Positions 19,857 through 28,429 of a stretch of DNA of 64,000 nucleotides are shown here, piece by piece. Where the stretch lies: positions 106,419 to 170,418 of the forward strand of contig JBBABA010000001.1 in assembly GCA_041657955.1 (NCBI GenBank), read 5' to 3'. Every line of letters starts with the position of its first letter. Within the stretch, counting starts at the first letter, position 1. The position numbers were made by a program, and so were the translations under genes. This stretch comes from Thermoplasmata archaeon. Its GTDB lineage: Archaea > Thermoplasmatota > JASEFT01 > JBBABA01. The notes beneath the pieces were generated by a model that was given only the letters and a program-made list of their open reading frames with translations, searched no databases and was not told the origin of the DNA.

Positions 19857-20990
19857 ATGATAATTAAAAGAAAGGTGTGCCTTCGTTGCATCATGGATAC
19901 AACAGCTGAAGGTATCGTTTTTGACGATAAAGGTCAGTGCAACTACTGTACAAAATTCCTAAACTTGCTAAAAAAATACAAACCTTTATCAAGAGAGATG
20001 CAACAAAAAAAGCTATCTTTGTTGATTGAAAAAGTAAAAAGAGATGGTCGGAACAAACCATATGATTGTATAGTTGGTGTTAGTGGTGGCGTTGATAGTT
20101 CTTATGCGTTACACATAACAAAAAAATTCGGTTTACGACCTTTAGCAGTTCACATGGATAACGGATGGGATTCTGAACTTGCTCAGCAAAATATAGAACA
20201 TCTGGTCAAGGGTCTCGGTGTTGATTTGTATACCTATGTCATTGATTGGGATGAATACAGAAGTCTTATGCAAGCGTTTTTTGATGCTGATGTGATCGAT
20301 GTCGAATTATTGTATGATAATGCCCTGAGTGCGGTCGTCCATATGATGGCAAAAAAATACGGAATCGAGTATATACTTGCCGGGTCCAATACAATGACAG
20401 AGGGTATGAGTATACCTCCGAACTGGAATTGGTTTAAATTTGATAAAAAAAATATCTACGCCATAGCAAAACAATTTGGAGATATTAAAATCAAGTCGTT
20501 TCCCGCCATTGCGCACAGAGAAAAGCTATATTATAGCTATATTCGAAAGATAAAGTGGATTAGCTTTTTAGATTATTTTGAATACAATAAATTCGAAGCT
20601 TTGAAAATACTGCAATCTCAGTACAATTACAAACCTTACCCCTATAAACATTACGAATCAGTATTTACAAGATTTTATCAAGGTTACATTCTCCCTCAAA
20701 AATTTGGTGTTGATAAACGAAAATTACACTTATCAACCTTGATTATTTCTGGACAAATGTTGCGAGAAGAAGCCATTAAAATGATGGAAAATATCCCCTA
20801 TCCTTCTCAAAGCGATCTGGATGAAGACATAACGTATTTTCTTAAAAAAATGCGCTGGAATAAAACAGATTTAGAAGAATATCTAAGTAGGCCAGAAAAA
20901 TCGCACTTACTTTATGGAAGCGAAATGCGTTTGTTTGATTTTTTGCGCAAGATGAAAAGAAGATACAGTTGTTATAGGGTGCGGAAGTAA
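19857..20990 (+). CDS. N-acetyl sugar amidotransferase (WbuX/PseA/WbpG family)
   Basis: CLRCIMDT..CNYC, YDCIVGVSGGVDSS PP-loop, DNGWDSE, KHYES..FGVDKRK. Confidence 0.92.
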   Translation: MIIKRKVCLRCIMDTTAEGIVFDDKGQCNYCTKFLNLLKKYKPLSREMQQKKLSLLIEKVKRDGRNKPYDCIVGVSGGVDSSYALHITKKFGLRPLAVHMDNGWDSELAQQNIEHLVKGLGVDLYTYVIDWDEYRSLMQAFFDADVIDVELLYDNALSAVVHMMAKKYGIEYILAGSNTMTEGMSIPPNWNWFKFDKKNIYAIAKQFGDIKIKSFPAIAHREKLYYSYIRKIKWISFLDYFEYNKFEALKILQSQYNYKPYPYKHYESVFTRFYQGYILPQKFGVDKRKLHLSTLIISGQMLREEAIKMMENIPYPSQSDLDEDITYFLKKMRWNKTDLEEYLSRPEKSHLLYGSEMRLFDFLRKMKRRYSCYRVRK

Positions 20991-20995
20991 AAGAA

Positions 20996-21352
20996 ATGAA
21001 GATCGGCGTTCTTGCAATTCGGGGTGCTGTCTCCGAGCACATAGCGATGGTTAAAATGACTATGAACAAGTGTGGGGTAAACGGTACTACGTGTTGTTTA
21101 AAAGAGAAGAAGGACGTAGAAAACATAGATGGACTGATTACCCCTGGCGGGGAAAGCATGATAATCTCCAAATTTATTTCAAATAAAAAAATGAGCGACA
21201 TCATACAGTTTAGCGACTCTGTGGAATCAGCAGAACTTACTCGAACTCAAAAGAATGTTCAAATAAACGTAGACGATATTTGGACAAACGATAGTAAAGA
21301 AAATTGTGTCTCTTTTATAACAGAAATTCTCAGTGAGAGGAAATCCTTATGA
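20996..21352 (+). pseudogene. Truncated PdxT/SNO-type glutaminase N-terminal fragment
   Basis: MKIGVLAIRGAVSEH..IDGLITPGGES resembles the PdxT N-terminus; the catalytic GTCAG and FHPE motifs are absent. Confidence 0.7.
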
Positions 21353-21966
21353 TAGGAATCATCGACTATGGATTGGGCAATATCGGTTCAATTGTCAATA
21401 TGCTAAAAAAAATCAGGGCACCATGTATGCTTGTCTCAAACCCCGAAGAGTTGAAAGGCATAAAAAAAATAATTTTACCTGGCGTTGGCTCATTTGATGC
21501 CGGAGCTAGTAACCTGAAAGCTACTTCATTATGGGACGCTATTAAGGTAAAAGTTCTTGATGAACAAGTCCCTTTACTTGGTATTTGCTTGGGTATGCAG
21601 TTACTTTTTAATAAAAGCGAGGAGGGCAAAGAGGACGGCCTAGGGTTAGTGAGTGGAGAAATTAAACGGTTTGATTTTAGTCAGATGGAACAGAAACTAA
21701 AAATTCCTCACATGGGATGGAATGTTGTTACACCGACAAAAACCGACCCCCTCTTTTTCCATATGCCTCATAAAGAGATGCGGTTTTATTTTACCCACTC
21801 GTATCATGCAGTGTGTGCCAAACCAGAGAATATCCTAGCTGTAACCTCATATGGGTACGAATTTACATGTGTTGTACGAAATGGTAATATCTTTGGTGTA
21901 CAATTCCATCCAGAAAAAAGCCATAAGTTTGGTATGCAGTTACTCAAAAATTTTGCGGAGTTATAA
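21349..21966 (+). CDS. hisH: HisH-like glutaminase subunit (WbuY type)
   Basis: IIDYGLGNIGS, LPGVGSF, LGICLGMQ, PHMGWN, VQFHPEKS. Confidence 0.92.
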   Translation: MIGIIDYGLGNIGSIVNMLKKIRAPCMLVSNPEELKGIKKIILPGVGSFDAGASNLKATSLWDAIKVKVLDEQVPLLGICLGMQLLFNKSEEGKEDGLGLVSGEIKRFDFSQMEQKLKIPHMGWNVVTPTKTDPLFFHMPHKEMRFYFTHSYHAVCAKPENILAVTSYGYEFTCVVRNGNIFGVQFHPEKSHKFGMQLLKNFAEL

Positions 21967-21967
21967 T

Positions 21968-22729
21968 ATGCTGCGAACAAGGGTTATACCGTTTTTGTTA
22001 TTAAGGAACAGTGGTCTTTACAAAGGGATAAATTTCAAAGATCATAAATATGTCGGCGATCCAATCAACACGGTGAAGATATTTAACGAGAAAGAGGTCG
22101 ACGAACTTGCATTGCTTGATATTACGACTTCATTGGAAAACAAAGAACCAAATTACTCCCTCATAAAAGATATTGTGAGTGAGGCGTTTATGCCTATCTC
22201 TTATGGTGGAGGGGTAAAAACCCTTGAACAAGCACGAAAACTTTTTAATCTCGGTATAGAAAAGATTATAGTCAATACGTCCTTTGCACACAATCCAGGT
22301 ATTATAACTGAGATCGCCTCTGTTTTTGGCTCTCAAAGTGTTGTTGTTTGCATAGATGTAAAAAAATCGTTATCGGGGAATTATGCATCATACATTATGT
22401 CTGGAACGCAAAAAACTAAGGAATCCCCTGTTGAATTAGTCAAAAAAGCACAGGAGATTGGTGCGGGAGAAATTGTTATCAACTCGATTGATCGCGACGG
22501 CACACTGTCAGGTTACGACCTAAAGATTATTAATGAGATAACGCAATCAGTTTCTGTACCGGTTATTGTAGTAGGTGGGGCATCAAATCTTGAAGATTTT
22601 AAAAAAGCGGTCGAGTCGGGTGCGAGTGCGGTTGGAGCGGGCGCCATGTTTGTTTTCAACGGACCCCATAGGGCAGTTCTTATAACTTATCCAAGCTATG
22701 ATGTACTTAAGAATATATTGGGAGAATAA
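21968..22729 (+). CDS. hisF: HisF-like cyclase subunit (WbuZ/AglZ type)
   Basis: MLRTRVIPFLL, YVGDPINTVKIFNEKEVDEL, SIDRDGT, GPHRAVLITYP; start corrected to 21968. Confidence 0.9.
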   Translation: MLRTRVIPFLLLRNSGLYKGINFKDHKYVGDPINTVKIFNEKEVDELALLDITTSLENKEPNYSLIKDIVSEAFMPISYGGGVKTLEQARKLFNLGIEKIIVNTSFAHNPGIITEIASVFGSQSVVVCIDVKKSLSGNYASYIMSGTQKTKESPVELVKKAQEIGAGEIVINSIDRDGTLSGYDLKIINEITQSVSVPVIVVGGASNLEDFKKAVESGASAVGAGAMFVFNGPHRAVLITYPSYDVLKNILGE

Positions 22730-22733
22730 AGAT

Positions 22734-22901
22734 ATGCAGCATCAAACGTGTACACGATGTATCATGGATACATCGGATCCAGACATCACCTTTGACGAGA
22801 ATGGAGTGTGCAATCATTACATCACTACGATTGAAAAATTAAGAGCACCGCCATGTTCATTATCCAAAGAATCTAAGAAACAATTATTAGGTGACAGATA
22901 A
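22734..22901 (+). pseudogene. N-terminal fragment of a second N-acetyl sugar amidotransferase
   Basis: MQHQTCTRCIMDTSDPDITFDENGVCNH parallels CLRCIMDTTAEGIVFDDKGQCNYC of 19857; ends after 55 aa. Confidence 0.85.
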
Positions 22902-24100
22902 TGGTTAAAATATTTTACCTTTCACAAGAACACCCTCTTCCTAACAACCCAATAAGTCAAATATTTATCACATACAGGGTAAAAGTATTAAACGCTCAAA
23001 GGCAAGATCCCGATCTATATTTTCTGGAAAAGAAATACGGATCAGGTTGTGCATTCTTACGAAAAATGTTGGGCAAGACCGATTACCAAAATCAACATTT
23101 GCCAGTTATCAGGGACGGAATCAAATGGAACGGGGTAGTATATAAATTTGGATTTAAAGAATTAATTCAAAGGAAAATTAATAAAAACAAATTCGAGCGA
23201 CAGTCGTGTGAGAAAATCGCTCGCGATATACTATCGAGCACCGACTTTACTAACTACGACATGATTCACTGTTATAGTCCATACCCCGAGGGCTATGTCG
23301 GGACTTTATTAAGCCAAAAAACTGGACTGCCGCTGGTAATAACATGTATCGGTTCAGATATACATACTCGACCACAGTTGAACCCAGTAATCAGGGAGTT
23401 GACAGTGGCGGCGATGACAAAAGCCAACAAGGTCATTTTCGTAAGCAATTCCCTATTAGATACCGCCCAAAAATTAGGTTATTCTGGCGAGAACGCTGTT
23501 GTGATACCGAATGGAGTAGATTTAACTACCTTCACTATCCAGGAGCGCGAGTCCAACAAACGGGAACTGGGCTTGTCGGGCAAAGTGGTAGGTTTTGTAG
23601 GTAACCTGATAAGAGTAAAACGAGCCGACATGTTTCCAGCCATATTCAAACAGATTCAGGAAACACAGAAAAATGTAGAATTCTTAATCGTGGGTGATGG
23701 TGAATTTAAGAAGTCGATTGCCGATAAATGTAAAATATTAGGTATACGAGCCAAATTTATGGGATTTGTCGAAACACCATTGGTTCCTAAGTGTATGAAT
23801 GCGATGGATGTCTTAATTCTTCCGTCAAGAAATGAAGGTTTTCCTTGTGTTGTTTTGGAAGCGCAAGCATGTGGCGTACCCATCGTAGGAAGTGGTAATG
23901 GGGGAGTGCCAGAAGCCATTGGTGATGCCGGTATAATTGTCAAAGAGGGTATGCAATTTGAGGAAAGATTTGCGGATGCAGTCATTAAGGCGGTAAATAT
24001 GAAATGGGACCGTGATTTATTAAGAAGGAGGGCCTTAAAATTTGATTGGAATGTCACGGTTCAAAAAGAAATTGAAATTTATCAATCAGTAGTCAAATAG
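22901..24100 (+). CDS. Glycosyltransferase family 4 (TuaC-like)
   Basis: TCIGSDIH, VIPNGVD, FVGNLIRVK, LPSRNEGFPCVVLEAQACG. Confidence 0.9.
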   Translation: MVKIFYLSQEHPLPNNPISQIFITYRVKVLNAQRQDPDLYFLEKKYGSGCAFLRKMLGKTDYQNQHLPVIRDGIKWNGVVYKFGFKELIQRKINKNKFERQSCEKIARDILSSTDFTNYDMIHCYSPYPEGYVGTLLSQKTGLPLVITCIGSDIHTRPQLNPVIRELTVAAMTKANKVIFVSNSLLDTAQKLGYSGENAVVIPNGVDLTTFTIQERESNKRELGLSGKVVGFVGNLIRVKRADMFPAIFKQIQETQKNVEFLIVGDGEFKKSIADKCKILGIRAKFMGFVETPLVPKCMNAMDVLILPSRNEGFPCVVLEAQACGVPIVGSGNGGVPEAIGDAGIIVKEGMQFEERFADAVIKAVNMKWDRDLLRRRALKFDWNVTVQKEIEIYQSVVK

Positions 24101-24183
24101 ACCCGGTATTCTTCAAGAGAAAGCGATAAAGAACGAAAGAAATATACAACAAGCATAAAGATAATTGAGTAAGGATTACGTTT

Positions 24184-24312
24184 ATGCTTAGTAACGGAGG
24201 GTGCCCCTACCATTGTAGTTTTTGCTGTAGTCATGTTGTTTGGCAAAGAAGAACAAGATTTCGTTCTCCAGAGAATGCCATTAGCATTAGCAGTAATTAC
24301 GCAAGGGGGTGA
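24184..24312 (+). pseudogene. Radical SAM enzyme fragment (B12-binding class-like)
   Basis: MLSNGGCPYHCSFCCSHVVWQRRTRFRSPEN has the CxxxCxxC motif plus RFRSPE; similarity ends where the inverted-repeat copy begins. Confidence 0.75.
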
Positions 24313-24333
24313 CATATCTCCTTGGTTTACACA
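24291..24333 (-). repeat. Right copy of the ~43-bp inverted repeat (ends ACA)
   Basis: CAGTAATTACGCAAGGGGGTGACATATCTCCTTGGTTTACACA. Confidence 0.85.
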
Positions 24334-24486
24334 GCCCCTATGATGATTTTTCATACCACCGTGATAATATACTGCGGGGCGGTATACAACCGTCTATGGG
24401 ACTAAAATTTTAGTTATTATCCTTATTGGTAGGGATACTAATCGATTGGAAATCTAAATATACCGTATATCGAATTAAGGCTGATT

Positions 24487-25572
24487 ATGAAAATATTGAT
24501 TGCGTGCCCCTCACATCAGTCATATGGAGTTAACAGCGCCATTATACGAGCTTTTGTTGATTTTGGTTGCGAGACCGATATCTCAACCTGGTCGGAGTCG
24601 TATACCTTCCTTAGTAGGACAAAACTGTTTTTTTGTTCCCAGATTAGTTCAATTGTTGAATCATTCGCCAAACCAGGAATAATGGTAGGGGAGTTCCAAA
24701 GAGATATGATAATGGAATACAATAAAAAATTACTACAAACAGTGAATGCAACTAAACCAGACGTGCTTCTAGCATTAAAAGGGGACGCTTTGTTGCCCGA
24801 CACCATAAAAAAGCTCAGAGAGAACTCCAATATCCCTCTTGTTCTTTGGTGTTATGATAGCGCCGTCCGCTTTAGGAATATTCTAAATGGTGGAAAATAT
24901 TACCATCTTTTCTACACCTGTGAACCAAGCGACATTCCAGAACTACAAAAATATGGTATTCGGGCAAAATTTCTACCAATGGCCTATGACCCCCATACAT
25001 ACTTCAGATTAGAAGACAAAACTGTTGTTAGAGATGTTTGTTTTGTGGGTACTTTGATCAATTACCCTCAGAGAAGGAGGGTATTAGGCGAGATCATTTC
25101 ACGGTATAATGAGTTGAATATAGAGGTATGGGGGCCCACCTGGAGCATATACTATCCGTTTTCATTATATGAATATCTAATTACGCAAAGAGACCTCAGG
25201 ATGCACCTTCATAATCATGGGATCTATCCTCGGGAAGTTAATAAAATCTACAATACATCAAAGATATGCTTAAATACCCACCATCCCCAACTGAAGGAGG
25301 GTTTAAATCCGAGAGTCTTTGAGATAATGGGTGCAGGCGGATTCCAGTTAGTGGATTATAAGAAAAAACTGGAGGAGCTGTTTAATGTAGAGAAGGAAAT
25401 GGTTTATTATAAAAACGAAGATGATTTATTAGAGAAGGTGGGGTATTATATAGAGAACGAAGACGAAAGAAAAAAGATTGCAGAAAGAGGCATGGATGCA
25501 GTCAAGAAAAAACATACTTATAAACATAGAGCCCAGGTTATTCTTGATGATATTAAGAAAATAAGGCAGTAA
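24487..25572 (+). CDS. CgeB-like glycosyltransferase
   Basis: LWCYD, LPMAYDP, VCFVG, KICLNTH..LNPRVFEIMGAGGFQLVD, HTYKHR. Confidence 0.85.
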   Translation: MKILIACPSHQSYGVNSAIIRAFVDFGCETDISTWSESYTFLSRTKLFFCSQISSIVESFAKPGIMVGEFQRDMIMEYNKKLLQTVNATKPDVLLALKGDALLPDTIKKLRENSNIPLVLWCYDSAVRFRNILNGGKYYHLFYTCEPSDIPELQKYGIRAKFLPMAYDPHTYFRLEDKTVVRDVCFVGTLINYPQRRRVLGEIISRYNELNIEVWGPTWSIYYPFSLYEYLITQRDLRMHLHNHGIYPREVNKIYNTSKICLNTHHPQLKEGLNPRVFEIMGAGGFQLVDYKKKLEELFNVEKEMVYYKNEDDLLEKVGYYIENEDERKKIAERGMDAVKKKHTYKHRAQVILDDIKKIRQ

Positions 25573-25676
25573 TCTAGATAAAGTACCATAAAAAACACCA
25601 CTACATACGCACCAAGTTCATATGCATCAATAAATAATTTCAAAATATTATACAAAAACAAAAGAGTTGAACAAAA

Positions 25677-27125
25677 ATGGATGAAGGTACCATTAAAAAA
25701 AGAGCGTCTATCGGAGTCATGTCTCTCATATTAAGAACTGGAATATTGAAAATAATATCATTCATCGGCAGCATCATCCTCGCTAGGTTACTTATACCCG
25801 CGGATTTTGGTATTTATGCGATAGTTAGTTTCATAGTGACGTTTTTCGGGACCTTTACCAATGCTGGTCTTGGGGCATCTCTAATAAGAAAAAGCACCGT
25901 CACGAACAAGGAGCTGACTACAGCTTTTACAACTCAACAAATATTGACAGGAACAGTTTGTATAATTATTATCGTCATTGCACCACTTTTTAATTTGATA
26001 TGGAAAACATCCACTACAATAGAATGGCTTGTTAGGATAATGGTAATTTCTTTTTTCATTAACTCTCTTGGTGTAGTACCTACGATTCAATTGGAGAGAG
26101 AATTAAAATATAATAAGTTAGTGGTATCTGACGTTTTGAGATCAGTATCATATACGTTCACATCGGTAATTCTCGCATATTCGGGTTATGGTGTCTGGAG
26201 TTTTATTTTAGGCGCTTTTGTTAGCAGTATCTTGGGCACTATTTCGTTATTTATAATATCTCCATGGCATATTTCTATTGGCATAGATAAAAAAAGTTTG
26301 AAAGAAATGCTTAGTTTTGGAGTAGTTTTTCAAGCTGGTGTAGTAGTAAGTTTAGTGTACACTTCAGTCACACCCGTCCTCGTTGGGGTATTAGCCGGGG
26401 CGACAGGATTAGGTTATGTGGTGTTTGCAGATGCCACAATCCAGTTCCCACTCATATTTGTGTATGCTTATCAACGCGTCACTTTCCCAACTTTTTCCTA
26501 TTTAAAAGACAACAAAGAAACTTATAGAAAGGCAATTGAAAAATCTATAAGATATGCATCATATTTTTTGTATCCTCTCTTTTTCATAATCCTAACAACA
26601 GCATCATTTTTTATACCCATAATATTTGGAAACAAATGGATGCCTGCCTTACCAGTTATTTATATTTCGCTAGTCTATCTTATGATATATCCAATGATAG
26701 TCCCCAGCAATAGTATGTTCTTCGTGGCAGGCAAACCGGGAATTGTATTGAGTATAACAACCGCTATGGCCATAATAACTTGGGCAGCAGGAATACCCTT
26801 GATATTATATTTTGGATTTATCGGCTTACCTTTAGCAAATTTATTTAATGCACTAATCTGGAAGTATCAATATGATGAGATGAAAAAAATAATTGACTTT
26901 AAGATTTATCGCAACATGTATCCTGCATTTTTAAGTGCCTTGGGGGCGGGGATAATTATTTATGTAATTACACTATTCGTTAACATGAATTTTATAATGC
27001 TAGTACTCACCGGAGCATTTGGACTTCTCATTTATCTTCTGTTTTTGTATGGGTTTGAGGGTAAAAAATTAATTGTGGAAATTAAAAACATATATCTGTT
27101 GTTAATAAAGAAGGAAACATTGTGA
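25677..27125 (+). CDS. Oligosaccharide flippase (Wzx/WzxC-like)
   Basis: ILARLLIPADFGIYA, GLGASLI, GYGVWS, IFGNKWMPA; many transmembrane helices. Confidence 0.9.
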   Translation: MDEGTIKKRASIGVMSLILRTGILKIISFIGSIILARLLIPADFGIYAIVSFIVTFFGTFTNAGLGASLIRKSTVTNKELTTAFTTQQILTGTVCIIIIVIAPLFNLIWKTSTTIEWLVRIMVISFFINSLGVVPTIQLERELKYNKLVVSDVLRSVSYTFTSVILAYSGYGVWSFILGAFVSSILGTISLFIISPWHISIGIDKKSLKEMLSFGVVFQAGVVVSLVYTSVTPVLVGVLAGATGLGYVVFADATIQFPLIFVYAYQRVTFPTFSYLKDNKETYRKAIEKSIRYASYFLYPLFFIILTTASFFIPIIFGNKWMPALPVIYISLVYLMIYPMIVPSNSMFFVAGKPGIVLSITTAMAIITWAAGIPLILYFGFIGLPLANLFNALIWKYQYDEMKKIIDFKIYRNMYPAFLSALGAGIIIYVITLFVNMNFIMLVLTGAFGLLIYLLFLYGFEGKKLIVEIKNIYLLLIKKETL

Positions 27126-27159
27126 TCAACAAAACGAAAAAGACCAGCCACTTCTAACA

Positions 27160-27293
27160 CTTTTAAGAAATAAAAAAATATTGTATTAATTTCATCATAT
27201 AACAATCAAGAGGAAATCTTCATGTATCTAAAGTTTGATTATCTGTGTATCACCACCATAAAACTATGCGACAAAATAATGAATTACGATTAA
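27160..27293 (+). pseudogene. 3' relic of a paralog of the methyltransferase at 40508-41701
   Basis: LRNKK/IVLISSYNNQEEIFMYLKFDYLCITTIKLCDKIMNYD* versus LKNKNIPVFISSYDSQEEISDYLKVNFPHITQIKIYDKIISFD; frameshifted. Confidence 0.75.
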
Positions 27294-27307
27294 GGTAGAG
27301 CGGCAAT

Positions 27308-28390
27308 ATGAAAATAACATTAATAGTAGGCGCACGGCCACAATTTATCAAGGTAGCACCAGTTTTAAGGAAAATAGGAAAGCAGCACGAGGAGATTCTA
27401 ATCCATACGGGGCAGCACTATGATTATGAAATGAGCAAAATATTTTTTGATGAACTAACTCTTCCAAAACCAGATTATCATTTGGGCGTTGGATCTGGTC
27501 CCCACGGAGAACAAACAGGAAAAATGTTGAAAAAAATAGAGGAGGTTTTGATAGAAGAACGTCCGAATTTAGTTTTGGTTTTTGGCGACACTAACACTAC
27601 TATTGCTGGTGCTTTGTCCGCTGCTAAGTTGCACATAAAGATAGCACACGTTGAAGCCGGCTTGAGAAGTTTTGACAGGAGAATGCCTGAAGAGACCAAT
27701 AGGGTTTTAACGGATCATTGCTCTGATTTTTTATTCTGTCCGACTAAAACTGCTGTCGAGAATTTAAAAATAGAAGGAATTAAAAAAGGCGTATATCTCA
27801 CAGGGGACGTTATGGTAGACGCCTTAAAAGAAAATATTATAATCGCCGAGCGGAAATCGAAGATATTGAGTGAACTGGGCTTAAAGAAGAACGGATATCA
27901 TTTAGCAACGATTCACAGAGCAGAAAATACTGATGACTTTAATAGATTGAAGAGTGTTGTAGGCGCTTTTTGTGAGATTGAAAATCTAGTTTTTTCCTGC
28001 CATCCAAGAACAGAAAAATATTTGAGAAAGTATGGTTTGTGGAAGAAACTGATTGGGTATGTAAACGTGATAACGCCAGTAGGATATTTAGACATGCTTA
28101 GATTGGAAAAAAACGCTAAGAAAATTTTAACCGATTCCGGCGGCGTTCAGAAAGAGGCATACATACTAAAGGTACCATGCATCACTTTAAGAGAGAATAC
28201 GGAGTGGATTGAAACTGTGGAAGATGGGTGGAATGTTTTGGTCGGTTCAGACAAGAAAACGATTATCAAAATGGTGAATGAATTCGAACCGGAAGGAAGG
28301 CAGAGAAATGTTTTTGGTAACGGAAATGCAAGCGAGAAGATTGCAAAAATCATAAATAATGCGTATGATGAAGATACCGATGACGCATAA
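27308..28390 (+). CDS. wecB: UDP-GlcNAc 2-epimerase (non-hydrolysing)
   Basis: VGARPQFIK, HTGQHYD, HVEAGLRS, TDSGGVQKEA. Confidence 0.95.
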   Translation: MKITLIVGARPQFIKVAPVLRKIGKQHEEILIHTGQHYDYEMSKIFFDELTLPKPDYHLGVGSGPHGEQTGKMLKKIEEVLIEERPNLVLVFGDTNTTIAGALSAAKLHIKIAHVEAGLRSFDRRMPEETNRVLTDHCSDFLFCPTKTAVENLKIEGIKKGVYLTGDVMVDALKENIIIAERKSKILSELGLKKNGYHLATIHRAENTDDFNRLKSVVGAFCEIENLVFSCHPRTEKYLRKYGLWKKLIGYVNVITPVGYLDMLRLEKNAKKILTDSGGVQKEAYILKVPCITLRENTEWIETVEDGWNVLVGSDKKTIIKMVNEFEPEGRQRNVFGNGNASEKIAKIINNAYDEDTDDA

Positions 28391-28429
28391 TTATAGTCTC
28401 TTACATCATTTCATTTAAGGTACTTTCTT

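Noticed and set aside
21349..22729. Histidine biosynthesis operon
   Set aside because: No other his genes are present; context and motifs fit the glycan amidotransferase-associated paralogs.
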